Assembly (NCBI GenBank): GCA_000934665.2
Contig: JYFJ02001518.1
Location: forward strand, 1-64,000
Reading direction: 5' to 3'
Source: Catajapyx aquilonaris
Lineage: Eukaryota
Length of the DNA: 64,000 nucleotides
Shown piece after piece: positions 12,801 through 24,400 of the stretch (its first letter is position 1; each line of letters starts with the position of its first letter). A model generated the notes under the pieces. That model saw nothing but the letters and a program-made list of their open reading frames with translations. It was not told where the DNA came from and searched no databases. The position numbers and the translations under genes were made by a program.

Positions 12801-15800
12801 TGACAGTGATCTGACCTCTCGCCCTGGGGTTACAATTTGGGCGAGAGGAAAACGGATTGCACAGTCGGAAATCTTATTTTTGGGACAATTTTTAGAGACC
12901 AACTTGTATTTTACGTGAAGTGTCCCTTTAACTTGATGGTCAAGCAACCACCCTGGCCCATTTCACATGGAATGACCCCCATGCAAAGTCAGGTCAAGCA
13001 ACCTTAATAATCCCCAAATGTCTCTCCAAAATTTGCGAAGAGGGTCGGTGAATAATCACTTAAACAAAGAAAGGGTTCAGTGATTTTGCATGTTGGGCTT
13101 CAAAAAGCAAGCAAGACTACCTGATTCTGAATATCTGGTCCGTTTTGGTAGCAAATGCACCATAAGTGTAAATTTCTAGTCAAAGTTGACTTTTTAAAAA
13201 ATCAGCACCGAACACGCGTTCCCTCTAGCGGAAAGGATGGAAGCTCTAAGGACGAATAAAGATGGCGGCCCCCATAGCGACAAACCACATGCAAGCCAGG
13301 TTTTTGTGTTTTCAACCTGAGCGGAACCCGCCCCGGGTGCCAAGAGCCATGGGAAGGCAGTGGAGGATGAGAAGGGCAGGGGGGAGGGAGGGCAGGGGGG
13401 AGGGAGGGCGAGTGGGAGAGAGGGGTGTGAGTGATTGGACCATGCGGCCGAGTGATGCCCACAGCGGGACACTTCCATACCAGTTCGAGACTTACCAAGA
13501 TGGGTAGTATCATGAGATATAATCCGGAGAGAGATGAGGAATACATTGCCCATATCTTGGCCACATGTGACGGCGTCGGAGGAAGGGCCGAGTGATCCAT
13601 CCACTTCCTAGTTCAAAGATTGACTTCGCGGTTAACAAGCCAATCTTGGCCCATGCAGGTTACTGGGATCTCCATGGGCGGAGCTAGTTACTTGCTATTA
13701 CGGTAGTGAATACTGTAGCGGTTGCGACTTTCACCTAACGGCATTTGCTTATGTGGCGTCACATTCAAAACCGACCACATTTTTGGAATCAGGGAGTCAT
13801 CCTTGATCTTTGAAGCCCAACATGCAAAATCACCGAACCCTTCCTTTACCATCTTAAATATTTAGTAATATGCTTCACAATGTCAAAAGTCCCAACTTAC
13901 TGCTCCTGCTCATTGTCCTCCCAAGTGTCCAGTATTCTTTGCAGCAGTTTACATTTGGTTAGCACCTGCAATGAACATCAATAAGTGAAAAAAAAAACAG
14001 GATTCTTGTCTACAACCACCTACATGGACTAGCAAAGGATTGTTGTCAATTTGGTTGCTGTCTTGCTCTTCCCTCCTCTCCTCAGCTCGTTCTTCTCCTC
14101 CTCCTCCTCCTCCTCCTCCTCCTCCTTCCTGGATATCTCCACCTGCTCCCACTCCTTCCCCACTACAGCATGGTGTTGACTCCACACTCAGAACCAACTG
14201 CATGCACTGCTGCACTTGCGTGTGAAGGAAGTTGTTCCAAGAATACTTGAAGAATAAATCCTGCAACAACCAAGTAACTAGAGGTACAAACTGGACACCG
14301 ATATAATTTCGGTATCCTGGGATTTAGATATCTGAGTAGACCTGAATGCCAGGTAGATACATTCCAAAAAGGTACCCACAATGATCAGCTAAGTTTATAA
14401 TGTGGCAAAATATGTAGTTTAGGTCCAAATTGGCAGAAATTTTGCATGCACTCTCGAGTCTTGTTGGGTGCTTGGTTACTAGGACAACGAAGAGGAGGAT
14501 GGCCTCATTCACCACAAGTATCACTAAGTTATAGTTCTGTTAATTTCTGCCTTGAGGGGAGATTAGCCTGTCAAAGCTGGGCCTGGGGATGTGATTAGGA
14601 TGGGTGGTAAAAAAAACTGGCCTTAACATGCCTGACTCCACTGAAGCTCAAATGAACAAACTTGATGTGCTGCAGTGTGGTAGAAGAGCCACTCAAATAA
14701 AAGTCAGCCCCTCAACGGTACACAAACATAGTTACAAAGAGGTTCTGATGAAAATATATGCGCCGTCAGCGTATTCCTTGTGCCAAAACAAGTCAAAAAT
14801 GTGTGTGCGTGTGTGTGGGGGCGGGGGGGGTCAAGGGACCAACCATCAGGGTAGACGACCGGAAACATTGGCCAGTGGTTGCCTAGGGAGCAGGATATGA
14901 GCGTGATAATATGACTGTTGGGATTTGCGAGGTCACTGCTTTCACAGAAGTGATCACCACTCATATCCTGCTGCTTAGGTAACCACTGGCCAATGTTTCC
15001 GGTCGTCTACCCTGTTAAGGAATGGTCCCGACATTTCTCCCGCCTACATTTTCAACTGCTTTCGGCCCAAGGAATACACTGACCGCTGTTGACCACACTA
15101 ATAAGACATCCTGTATGATGTTTTTTAAATCTTTTTAGAATATAGGATCAGCAGCAGCACACCATTACCATGTTTGCTCCTTGTTCTTCGTTTTTCAGAC
15201 CACTACTTTAGTGCCTGGTTATTCTGCTTATTTACTCTCCATTCATTTCATCACAATATCATGTCCTCCATTGGTTCCAGACTTTTCTGATGCCTTGTAT
15301 ACATTTGGATGTAAATGGGTACATGGATTTCCCTAGCCTTACAATAAACCTTCACCGAGAATTGCCCACTTTTCTTGCTGAGCACTCCATGTGACAACAG
15401 GGCTATTGGAGAATCAGAAACAGTCCCGGTTATTATGATAATCATTGGATTATCTCATTGAAACCTATGCATCATTTTCTCCTAGCCCATTGCTCTCTTA
15501 ATACGTGACACAAGAGCCATAATAAGGGACACTGAACTAATCATATGCATTAAGCATATCAGGGCCCCACAACAATTGCCTGTTCCATGTCTGAGGTGAA
15601 TTAACAAAATCAACAAGCTTAGCTAATTATTATTGCAAGCGAAACTTTTTTTAAAGCTGTTCTTATTCTGCTAGCTGTTAATAATAAAGCTCAACTGACC
15701 AGGAGCACATTGATTGTGCCAAGCTCCTCCAGTCTGGCCTGCACCAGTGGGTCATTGGTGGCAATGAGGGCAGCAACCAGCCTAGCAACATGCAATCTGG

Positions 15801-18297
15801 TGTTGCCCAAGGGTGGGTCCAGCACTTCCACAGTTGTCCTTACTGGTTCCTTTCGCGGGGGATCAAGCAGCAAGTCATGGAAGTGGTGCAACTGAGGCAC
15901 TATAGCATCCAGAGCATTGCGCACACCAAGAGACATGCGGTTCTCTATGGACTCATTCAAGAGGCTACTGTTTGTACCCTCCTGCGAGGGTCCATTCAAG
16001 GGGTACGTGGCGTTGACATCAGGTGACAAGCTAGAAAGTGAGGAATGATTAAAGAAGCAAATGAAATTCAATTCATATAAATATACAAATTATGAACTCC
16101 ATGGACTAATGTTATGAACACGAGCAAGAAAGTAAACTCTCAATTGAGAACACTCCATTAATTTGAAATAGTCATGATGGGAATTTTATATTCTTTAGAA
16201 AAAACTGGTTCACATGAACTGAATCTCTTTCAGTGCGGAGTCATTCTCTAAGCTTCTTTAAGATTGTCAAGTCTCCAGCTGGGACAAGGTATAACATGAG
16301 AAAATGTAATTCATGCATAGGGTGGTTGCATCATTACTTTCAGACAAATTCTCACTTTGGAAATCAATACCTTTTTGTTGAAAAGAGCTCCAAGTAAAAG
16401 AAGATTATGATGTGGACAATTTAACTTCATCTATTAGAAAACCTCAGCCAAGATAGGCTTATTGCTGCAGTGGCAGCAACATCTAAGAGTCTTAAGATCA
16501 ATATGGGTGCTTTTTTTTCACTTTGCATGATTCAGGCAGCCTTCAGAAATCACACAAAATCACTAATCTTGAAATAGCAGGTTTTGCTCTGAGTGGGCTG
16601 GATTGGTATCAGCATATAAACAGACAATCCTGGATGGCTCACAATGAGGCCTCATCTCGTTGACACAATACCCATATAACTATTCATCATCGTAAAAGAA
16701 TTTAAGGACTTTATATAATCCTATTTTGTAATCAATCTCTGATACCAAGACTGTGCATGCACATAAGCTGTCCAGCGGTTTTGAATGTGCTCACTACTGG
16801 CTGTTGATGCTGTTTGATGTTTTTAAGTAAATTCTTTAGTTATAAAATGTCTATGCAAAAAAAAGTGCAAAAATAATATTTGATTTTCGCACCATTATCT
16901 AGCTCTCCTAGTGCAATAATGCTTATACATGGAGTGAAAAACTATTTGTGTGCATAACTCAGGTCCTCATCTATACACTGCACATGTTTGAGATTTTTTA
17001 TTTCCAGCGATACCACAGTTTTAAAAAAGAGGCTGAGGGTTGGATTACACTTGCATGCACTCGCGTCCAATTCCATTCATCGAGTTGCCTTATTTTTCCT
17101 TCTAATACACTAAAATTACCCATGAAAACGTTTTGGAGTTGAAGCTAATAATTATTGGCATCATTTAGATGCACTATGGTGAAAAACAAGGCATAACCAA
17201 GTACGTAATTTGCAAGAGCCCATTGACATGACAGCCATCTTTGATATAGATAACAGCAATTACCTTACCCAAATCTTCTCTCCGTGTTCGTGTGGGTTTT
17301 CTCGGGGTTCTCCCGTTTCCTCCCACTATCAAAATCCATCACAGCAAAGGCAATGATTAAAGTCGGTCACTTAAAAAGATGATCCCCTAAAAAGCCCAAG
17401 GAGGCTTAGCACGGGGTATCCATCCATTATTATTACCTTACCCAAATTCCATAGTTTACGGGTGCCCCCAAAAAGTGGAGGGGTGGGGTAGTGAACAAAA
17501 TGTGACAAAAAATCCCAGTGAAGATTACATGGACTTTAGAATTGACAATGATGAAGAGTAACAATGGAGCTAGGATCACCAGAGTTCAAGTTAATTTGAC
17601 AGTTAACAACTGAAACAAATATGATTACACTTTGGACAGTGAATTTCTGTGGGGTCTGGTAATAATTACTGTCACTACATTAATTTGTCACATAGCAGGA
17701 GATTAATTTTAATGACGAACCTGAGCCTGAGGGGCCACACAAACCCAAAGACTGAATTGAAATTAATTACAAAAAATTTGTCGCTGAATTAAGAATGTCG
17801 ATATCTGGTTTAAGTTTTCAGAATTTGCTACCACTTTGCTGAACTACATTTAACATTGTTATTTATTAATAAATTAAAATGTGATGACATTGTGTATTTA
17901 GACCTCAGTGCAATGTGCTATGATAAAAAAGTCCAATTGAATGAATGCGAAATGACTTCTTAAATCCCTGCACTCAAAAATGCACAGAAAATTCGACATT
18001 TGCAAGCCGTGATAACATTTTAAAATCCCGTGGTGGATTTTTTGTAATTAATTTTAATGTTGTCTTCAGGTTTGTGTGGCCCCTCAGGTTCATTATTGAA
18101 ATTAATGTCCTGCTACGTAACAAATTAATGTAGTGACAGCAATTAATATAATAATAATAATAATAATAATAAATAATAATAAATAATAAATAATAAATAA
18201 TAATAATAAATAATAATAATAAATAATAATAAATAATAATAAATAATAAATAATAATAATAAATAATAATAATAAATAATAATAATAAATAATAATA

Positions 18298-18335
<38 letters not shown>

Positions 18336-18390
18336 TAATAATAATAATAATAACAATAATAATAACAATAATAATAACAATAACAATAAC

Positions 18391-18445
<55 letters not shown>

Positions 18446-21400
18446 GATACCCTGTGATAGGTCCCTTGGGCCCCTTAGGGGACCATCTTTTGAATAACCG
18501 TCTTTAATCATTGCCTTTGCTGTGATGGATTTTGTTAGTGGGAGGAAACGGGAGAACCCCGAGAAAACCCACGCGAACACGGAGAGAACCCATCGAAACT
18601 CTATCCACATAAGTATCCTCCGTCCGACCCGGGGATCGAACTCGGGACCTGAGAGGTGGAAGGCTGCGGTGCTAACCACTCGGCCACCGTGTCGCCCTTA
18701 GTGACAGCAATTATTACCAGACCCCACAGAAATTCACTGTCCAAAGTGTAATAATATTTGTTTCAGTTGTTAACTGTCAAATTAACTTTCACTTCGGTGC
18801 CATTCTAGCTCCATTGTTACTCTTCATAATTATCAATTCTAAAGTCCAGATAATCTTAACGGAGATTTTTCATCACATTTTGTTTTCTACCCCACCCCTC
18901 CACTTTTTTGGGGCGCGCGTAAACTACGGGATTTGGGTAAGGTAACTTAATGGCATAATTTCTAAATTTCACTATTTACTTCCTGAATTGTAAGGGATGG
19001 TCAGTAATTTCTTTACCCTCATTGAGCCGATAGTGAACGACTATGAAACACAGAAGTAACATTTCTGGACTTTTAATTTGGCGTGTTACAGATGATTCCT
19101 CGGAGGAAGTCATGAAAAAATCCTATAGATGTCACCCTATGGCCACTTGTCAGCAACTAGCACTGGGTCAAAGGTTGGCTTTGGTAGAGTTAGCCATAAG
19201 GAAAAAAAGACGGCTGGCTGATTGACATGTGGCCAATGACACGGCCAGTGTTGTAAATATAATTAAACCCCACCCGCGAAAAATTCCTTATGGCGGTAAC
19301 AGAAGGGTTAAAATGGGATGATTGGTCGCTTGGCCGTCAAAACAGGGAGTCTGCCTCAACCACGTTGATCAGTGATAAGGGCATGGTAAGCTTCAAGTAC
19401 CACAGGTCTGCTGTTACCACCATACATTGAAATCAATGAATGCACTTACTTGGGCTGCTTCAATTCCAGCAATGCCAATAGAACTAGCATCCCGCTCACC
19501 AAGCAACTCTCAGTCTTCTCTCCATCAAACATATGATTTAAAAGATTTGTCACGGTGTCCGTCCTATATCGACAAGGGCTCGAGTGAACATCATTCCAAC
19601 AAGACAGTCTTGCACAAAAAGAAATCTAAGAACTCACGACTCCAAGGTGGCAACAAGTGGATCTGGCTTAGTTTTCTCCTGAGAAGTATAGGTGTTCTCT
19701 CTTGCTATCCTAATTACATCACAGAGTAATTGTGCTACATTGTGGTGGCGATCCAGGTCCACTGTCGGTGACAGCAGGGCCATCAGCTTCTGCATCACCT
19801 GCTGACTGTCCAGCCACTACAATCATGAAAGCATGAACACAAAAAAGTAGAAATACTCCTCCTATAATGGCAGCCAAGCATCAAAATTAACCCTTTGTCT
19901 CCCGCTCGATTCTGCACTGTTCGGGTGGGGGTTTAAAAAGAGCTCCCTAGGTGAAAATCACTGGATCTGGCACCATTGGTTTCACTCTCAATTCATGCAA
20001 AAGAGGGGGCTGAACATTTTGAGACATACCAACCTACGTTGCATATTGAGAGAGGGCATCAACCACCTCATATACTATGCACACGAGGATGTCATCCTAT
20101 TGCGTTTTTAAAGGCCGTTTCCACCCCCTTAAAACCCAAGATAATTCTATATGATTGCCCAGTCTCTCTGATGAATTATGAAAACATTAAGTGTCCATTA
20201 AAACTTTTTTAAAGGGCCAGTTTAAAAGGAAGTAATGTGATCCGCCAGGTGCAAAAAAAAAAAGACGGACCAGGTGGCGAGCGGGCAACGGGCGAAGCTC
20301 CGAGCACTCCGCCCGGCCAATTAGGAGCTAGAACACTTTTTACGACCAAAAAGGGGCCAGGGGAGATTGCCTACCCTTCACAGATCGTTCTGATTTTTCC
20401 CCTGACGAAAAGGAAGTCACAGAATTTCGGGAATTTTTTAATGGTTTTCAGCTGCACGTCCACATATCGAGTAAATATGTGGCTGTGTATATTTAAATTC
20501 GTGCAGTAAGTGTTTGTTTCGGGTTGTTTTAAATGAATGAAACCTTGGGCCATTAAAAATATCACACGAGTGGCATAAATACTCATGAACATAGAAACTA
20601 TGAACATTTCTTAAGGCTATGGTGAAAGAAATTTCCATCGGGGTTATACCAGTGAATTAAAAACAAATATTTTGCTTGGTTGAATTATGATACAACCAAA
20701 TCGGGAGAGGGAGACAAAAGGTTCATTAAAATTTACTTTACAATGTAGTGATTGAGCCTTTTACGTAAATCATTTTCAGAACATGATTTATAGACTCACA
20801 AAAACGTCTTTTGAGATTATTTTGGCTCTCTTTTAAAGACCTCAATGAGAAAATTTTACCTGGCAGGGCCTGTGAAAAGTTTGAGAACCACAAAAATATT
20901 ACCATGCTATACTTTTGCCATATTTCATAGGACTTTCAACACAAAAGAATCAATGCAATCATGGAGTTTTAAGAAATTTTAGAGCATGTGTCATATGAAC
21001 AGGAATCTTTGCGATGCTTCTAACTGCTGTACCACCAATATTCTTGATTGTAAATATCGTTATCAAAACGTTTCTTCAAAATCCGCGGTAACCTCAATGG
21101 TGATGAGTTTTGGAAACGAGACACCATCATTTTACTGACCTGTCCTTGATGAAAGCAGAAAAGAAGAAACTTGTTGGTACTGATATATGCAAAATGCTGA
21201 CATGTAACAACTGCAAGCACTGCAGCAACAAAGTAATGAAAGAAAAGTAAAGTGGTCGCTGCTGTGGTGTTTCACATTGGTTGGGTGCCAATCTTTAGGT
21301 TAGCAAACCTTTACCTAACCTTGTTGCACTCCATCCATATGAATACCAATATCAAAAATCCTTCACTATTACTTCTTTGCATCTAGCCTTCCACATATGT

Positions 21401-24400
21401 AGGGGTTTAGCCTCAATGGGTACATTTCAGCCAAACACTTACCATATGTTTTTTTCCTGTGCACTCTTTATGCATAATCCACAAGCAAACAGATTAGCGA
21501 AACAAGTACTTTCTGATAAGATTATAATGTTACCCTCCAACAATTACATCAACCTTAATGGGGAACTAGCCTTGGTCTGGGATTTGGGATTTTTGTTCAT
21601 AACTAGCTAGCCCATGCCTGTAAACATACATTCCATCACTCTGTTGCATCAAAATGACATTACTGGATAAATTACGGCACATTTAAAAGTGCCTTCAAAA
21701 TTGGCGGGAAAAACGCCGCTGCCAATTGAAAGGGTACACTGAAATGCCTGGTTGACTGCGAGATATGAGGAATTTGACTTTGAATTAACCGCGGACGCGA
21801 CGGAAAGCATTCGCAAGGCGGCTGTAGGCCATCGAGGTGGAGAAGGGGGGGCCTTCATGTGCCGAATTCGGGTGACAGATGATTCCTGCCAGTTGGCACC
21901 ACTGCCAGCCCCTTAGCTGATTGAGCGGCGTGAAGTAAAAACGCGCCCCGGCCGCTATCTTGCTCACGGAATGGGACGGTTGCTAACCACAGCGAAGCAT
22001 TTTACAACAATGACGGGGCGCGTTCTATAACACCATTTTTGCGTTCATTTCACTTCGCGTGACGTCAATATTTTCTAGGGAAACAGTGACGTCACCATTT
22101 CCCTACATAAAAACCCCAATTACTCCGGAACGGGAACTGATATCTTAAAACGGAATATGCCAAAAAAATCCAAAAAATATGGGCGAATTTATTATGTAGT
22201 TTCCAAAATGAAGGCTACTTCCCCATTTTTCCAGAATTTCCCATTTTACAGTAGTTCCAATCAGGATCTCCTGTTCCTTCTTGTGTTACCCATGAGTAAC
22301 TTACACTGGTAATATTCTGCCTCATATCAGCCCCCTCGACGGAGGTGATGAGCTTGAAGAGCAGGTCCATCACTGCAGAGGTGCCCAAGTGCCTTAGGAG
22401 TAAGCTAACAAATTCTTCCTTGGATTTCAAATACTCCAAGACCTGTAAACAAGTGAACTGATAGGAATACCAGTTCTGGGAAAGAAAAGAGAGAGAAATC
22501 GAGGGAGAGACAGGGAAGGGCAAAAGGTATGAGAGAGAAAGAAAGAGAGAAAAGAGAGGGAAGGAATTATGTTGTGAGTATATCAAGAAAAAAATTATTA
22601 ATGTGCTCACTAGAATAAGTTATACTTACTACTAATCTAAATACTAAGCAAGTAAACCAAAACATCCACTTTCAGATCTAAATTATTCATACCTTAAGGG
22701 CGCCGGACACCTAAGTGATTTTTCAGAATTGCATTCCAAGTTTGGCCGAGTCACAGGTGCATCGTTCTCTTTGCACTGCCGATGCGGGCGTCTCGCTGTA
22801 GGTACGGAGCTGAATTTCTCACAGAATGGCAAGGAAGGGCCAATTGAGCCCCCGACGGAGTTTCGATCCACTAGAATAATAATTGCGAGATCTACAAGGG
22901 GAAGAGTTTTTGAAAAACGGCTCACGACATCTTGGCTCCGGATTCGAATTTGGAAAATATCTCGAAGTTGTGCGATGACAAAAGTTGTCCTCGCTTACTC
23001 CTCTAAGCGCGATTAATTTGGGCTATTGGTTTTTGCACTGCTACTAAAATGGTTTCGCCACCTCACCTCGTAAAATCGGAGGGAGTACTTCCAAAATAGA
23101 ATGGTTGGTTCCCTGTTGCCAAAGCGCTTTTTAAATTATTGAGCCCGAACCGGTTCCCTGGCAACCTCATCAGGGAACCAACTGTTCGAAAGTTCTCCGC
23201 CGATTTTACCCGGTGAGGTGGTGAAACAGTTTTAATAGCTGTGCAAAAACCAATAGCCCAAATTAATCGCACTTTGGAGGAGTAAGAGAGGACAACTTTT
23301 GCTATTGCACAACTTCAAGATATTTCTCAAATTCGAATCCAGAGCCAAGATGTCGTGAGCGGTTTTTCAAATACTCCTCTCCTTGTAGATCTCGCAATTA
23401 TTATTCTAATGGATCGAAACTCCGTCGGGGGCTCAATTGGCCCTTCCTTGCCATGCTGTGAAAATTTCAGGTCCGTACCTCTTGTGAGACGCCCACATCG
23501 GCAGTGATTCAGATAACCAATTCTGATCCTTAAAAATTCTCCGACCTTGCAGTCTTTTACTAACACAAAACTCAACTTTCATGAGGCTGGGAAGTTTTGA
23601 AAAAGTGGTTCAATAGTACTATGAAATATTCATTTTTGTGCATGTTTTTGTAATTCAATTGTGGAAATCAAAATTGCACAGTTGCATCTGAAAACAAGGG
23701 ACATCTTGGCAGTAATCTCACTAACTTGTAATCCTCCATACACACAAAACTTCATGCGTCCTGTGTGTCACTCACATGCACAATGTGAAACCATAGGCAT
23801 TTCACATAGTACAATGTACTACATAGGAGCCTGCCCACACCTACCATCCACAGACACAAAGTTGGCAGTCGTTCGCTATACTGCCCCCAGACTGTTGTAA
23901 ATACTGTTTCTAACATCAAAGGTAACCATTAAATGACAGGTGTAGTGGAAAAAGGTGATAACCCACAAGTGTAATTTTTCAGGAGCTAGGACCTCCGAAG
24001 GTCATATGGGATATGATCTGGCTTTTAGTTCGATTTGGCTGAAAATTGGATATGTTGCAGCCCAGACCATCCTGATCAATGTTGGATAGGGACATTTCAA
24101 GGTAGGACCTACAGGGAGCATGCTAATGACCTCCGCAGGTAATAGGGGGAGTATAGTCTCAGGAACTCAATGGTTATTACATTAAATTATCTATTAATCT
24201 TTATTACCGAATTCATCTGGTTCAAATTCTACTCCTTACAGGTTGTCATCTGGAGTTTCCTCCAGCTGCACTTCAACATTCATTGGATCAATGTAAGGAA
24301 GCGAGGTTTCTCTCACAGCAGTCTTCTAGCCTCTTCGATGAATAGCAATGAGCATGCTCCCTGTAGGTCCTACCTCGAAATGTCCCATCTAACATTGATC

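Larger units (their letters stand above)
17260..18945. mobile_element. Large foldback element carrying two SINE insertions
   Basis: Ends ttaccttacccaaat / atttgggtaaggtaa. Arm 17433-17752 pairs with 18062-18145 plus 18699-18945. Confidence 0.88.

Noticed and set aside
18102..18679. Poly-Leu, poly-Tyr and poly-Ile ORFs (also 61681-61941)
   Set aside because: They are translations of SINE-tail AAT microsatellites.
19017..19040. 24-nt candidate poison exon in a PPP6R3 intron (minus strand, TAG...GTAAAG, in-frame TGA)
   Set aside because: Splice signals of this strength arise by chance, and no conservation or RNA evidence is available.
20995..22278. Possible degenerate TIR element with a GC-rich core and E2F-like ttggcgggaaaa
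   Set aside because: Terminal match is too weak to define boundaries.
22683..23575. Two similar ORFs on opposite strands ([14 protein letters not shown])
   Set aside because: They are the two arms of one foldback element, with no recognisable protein family.
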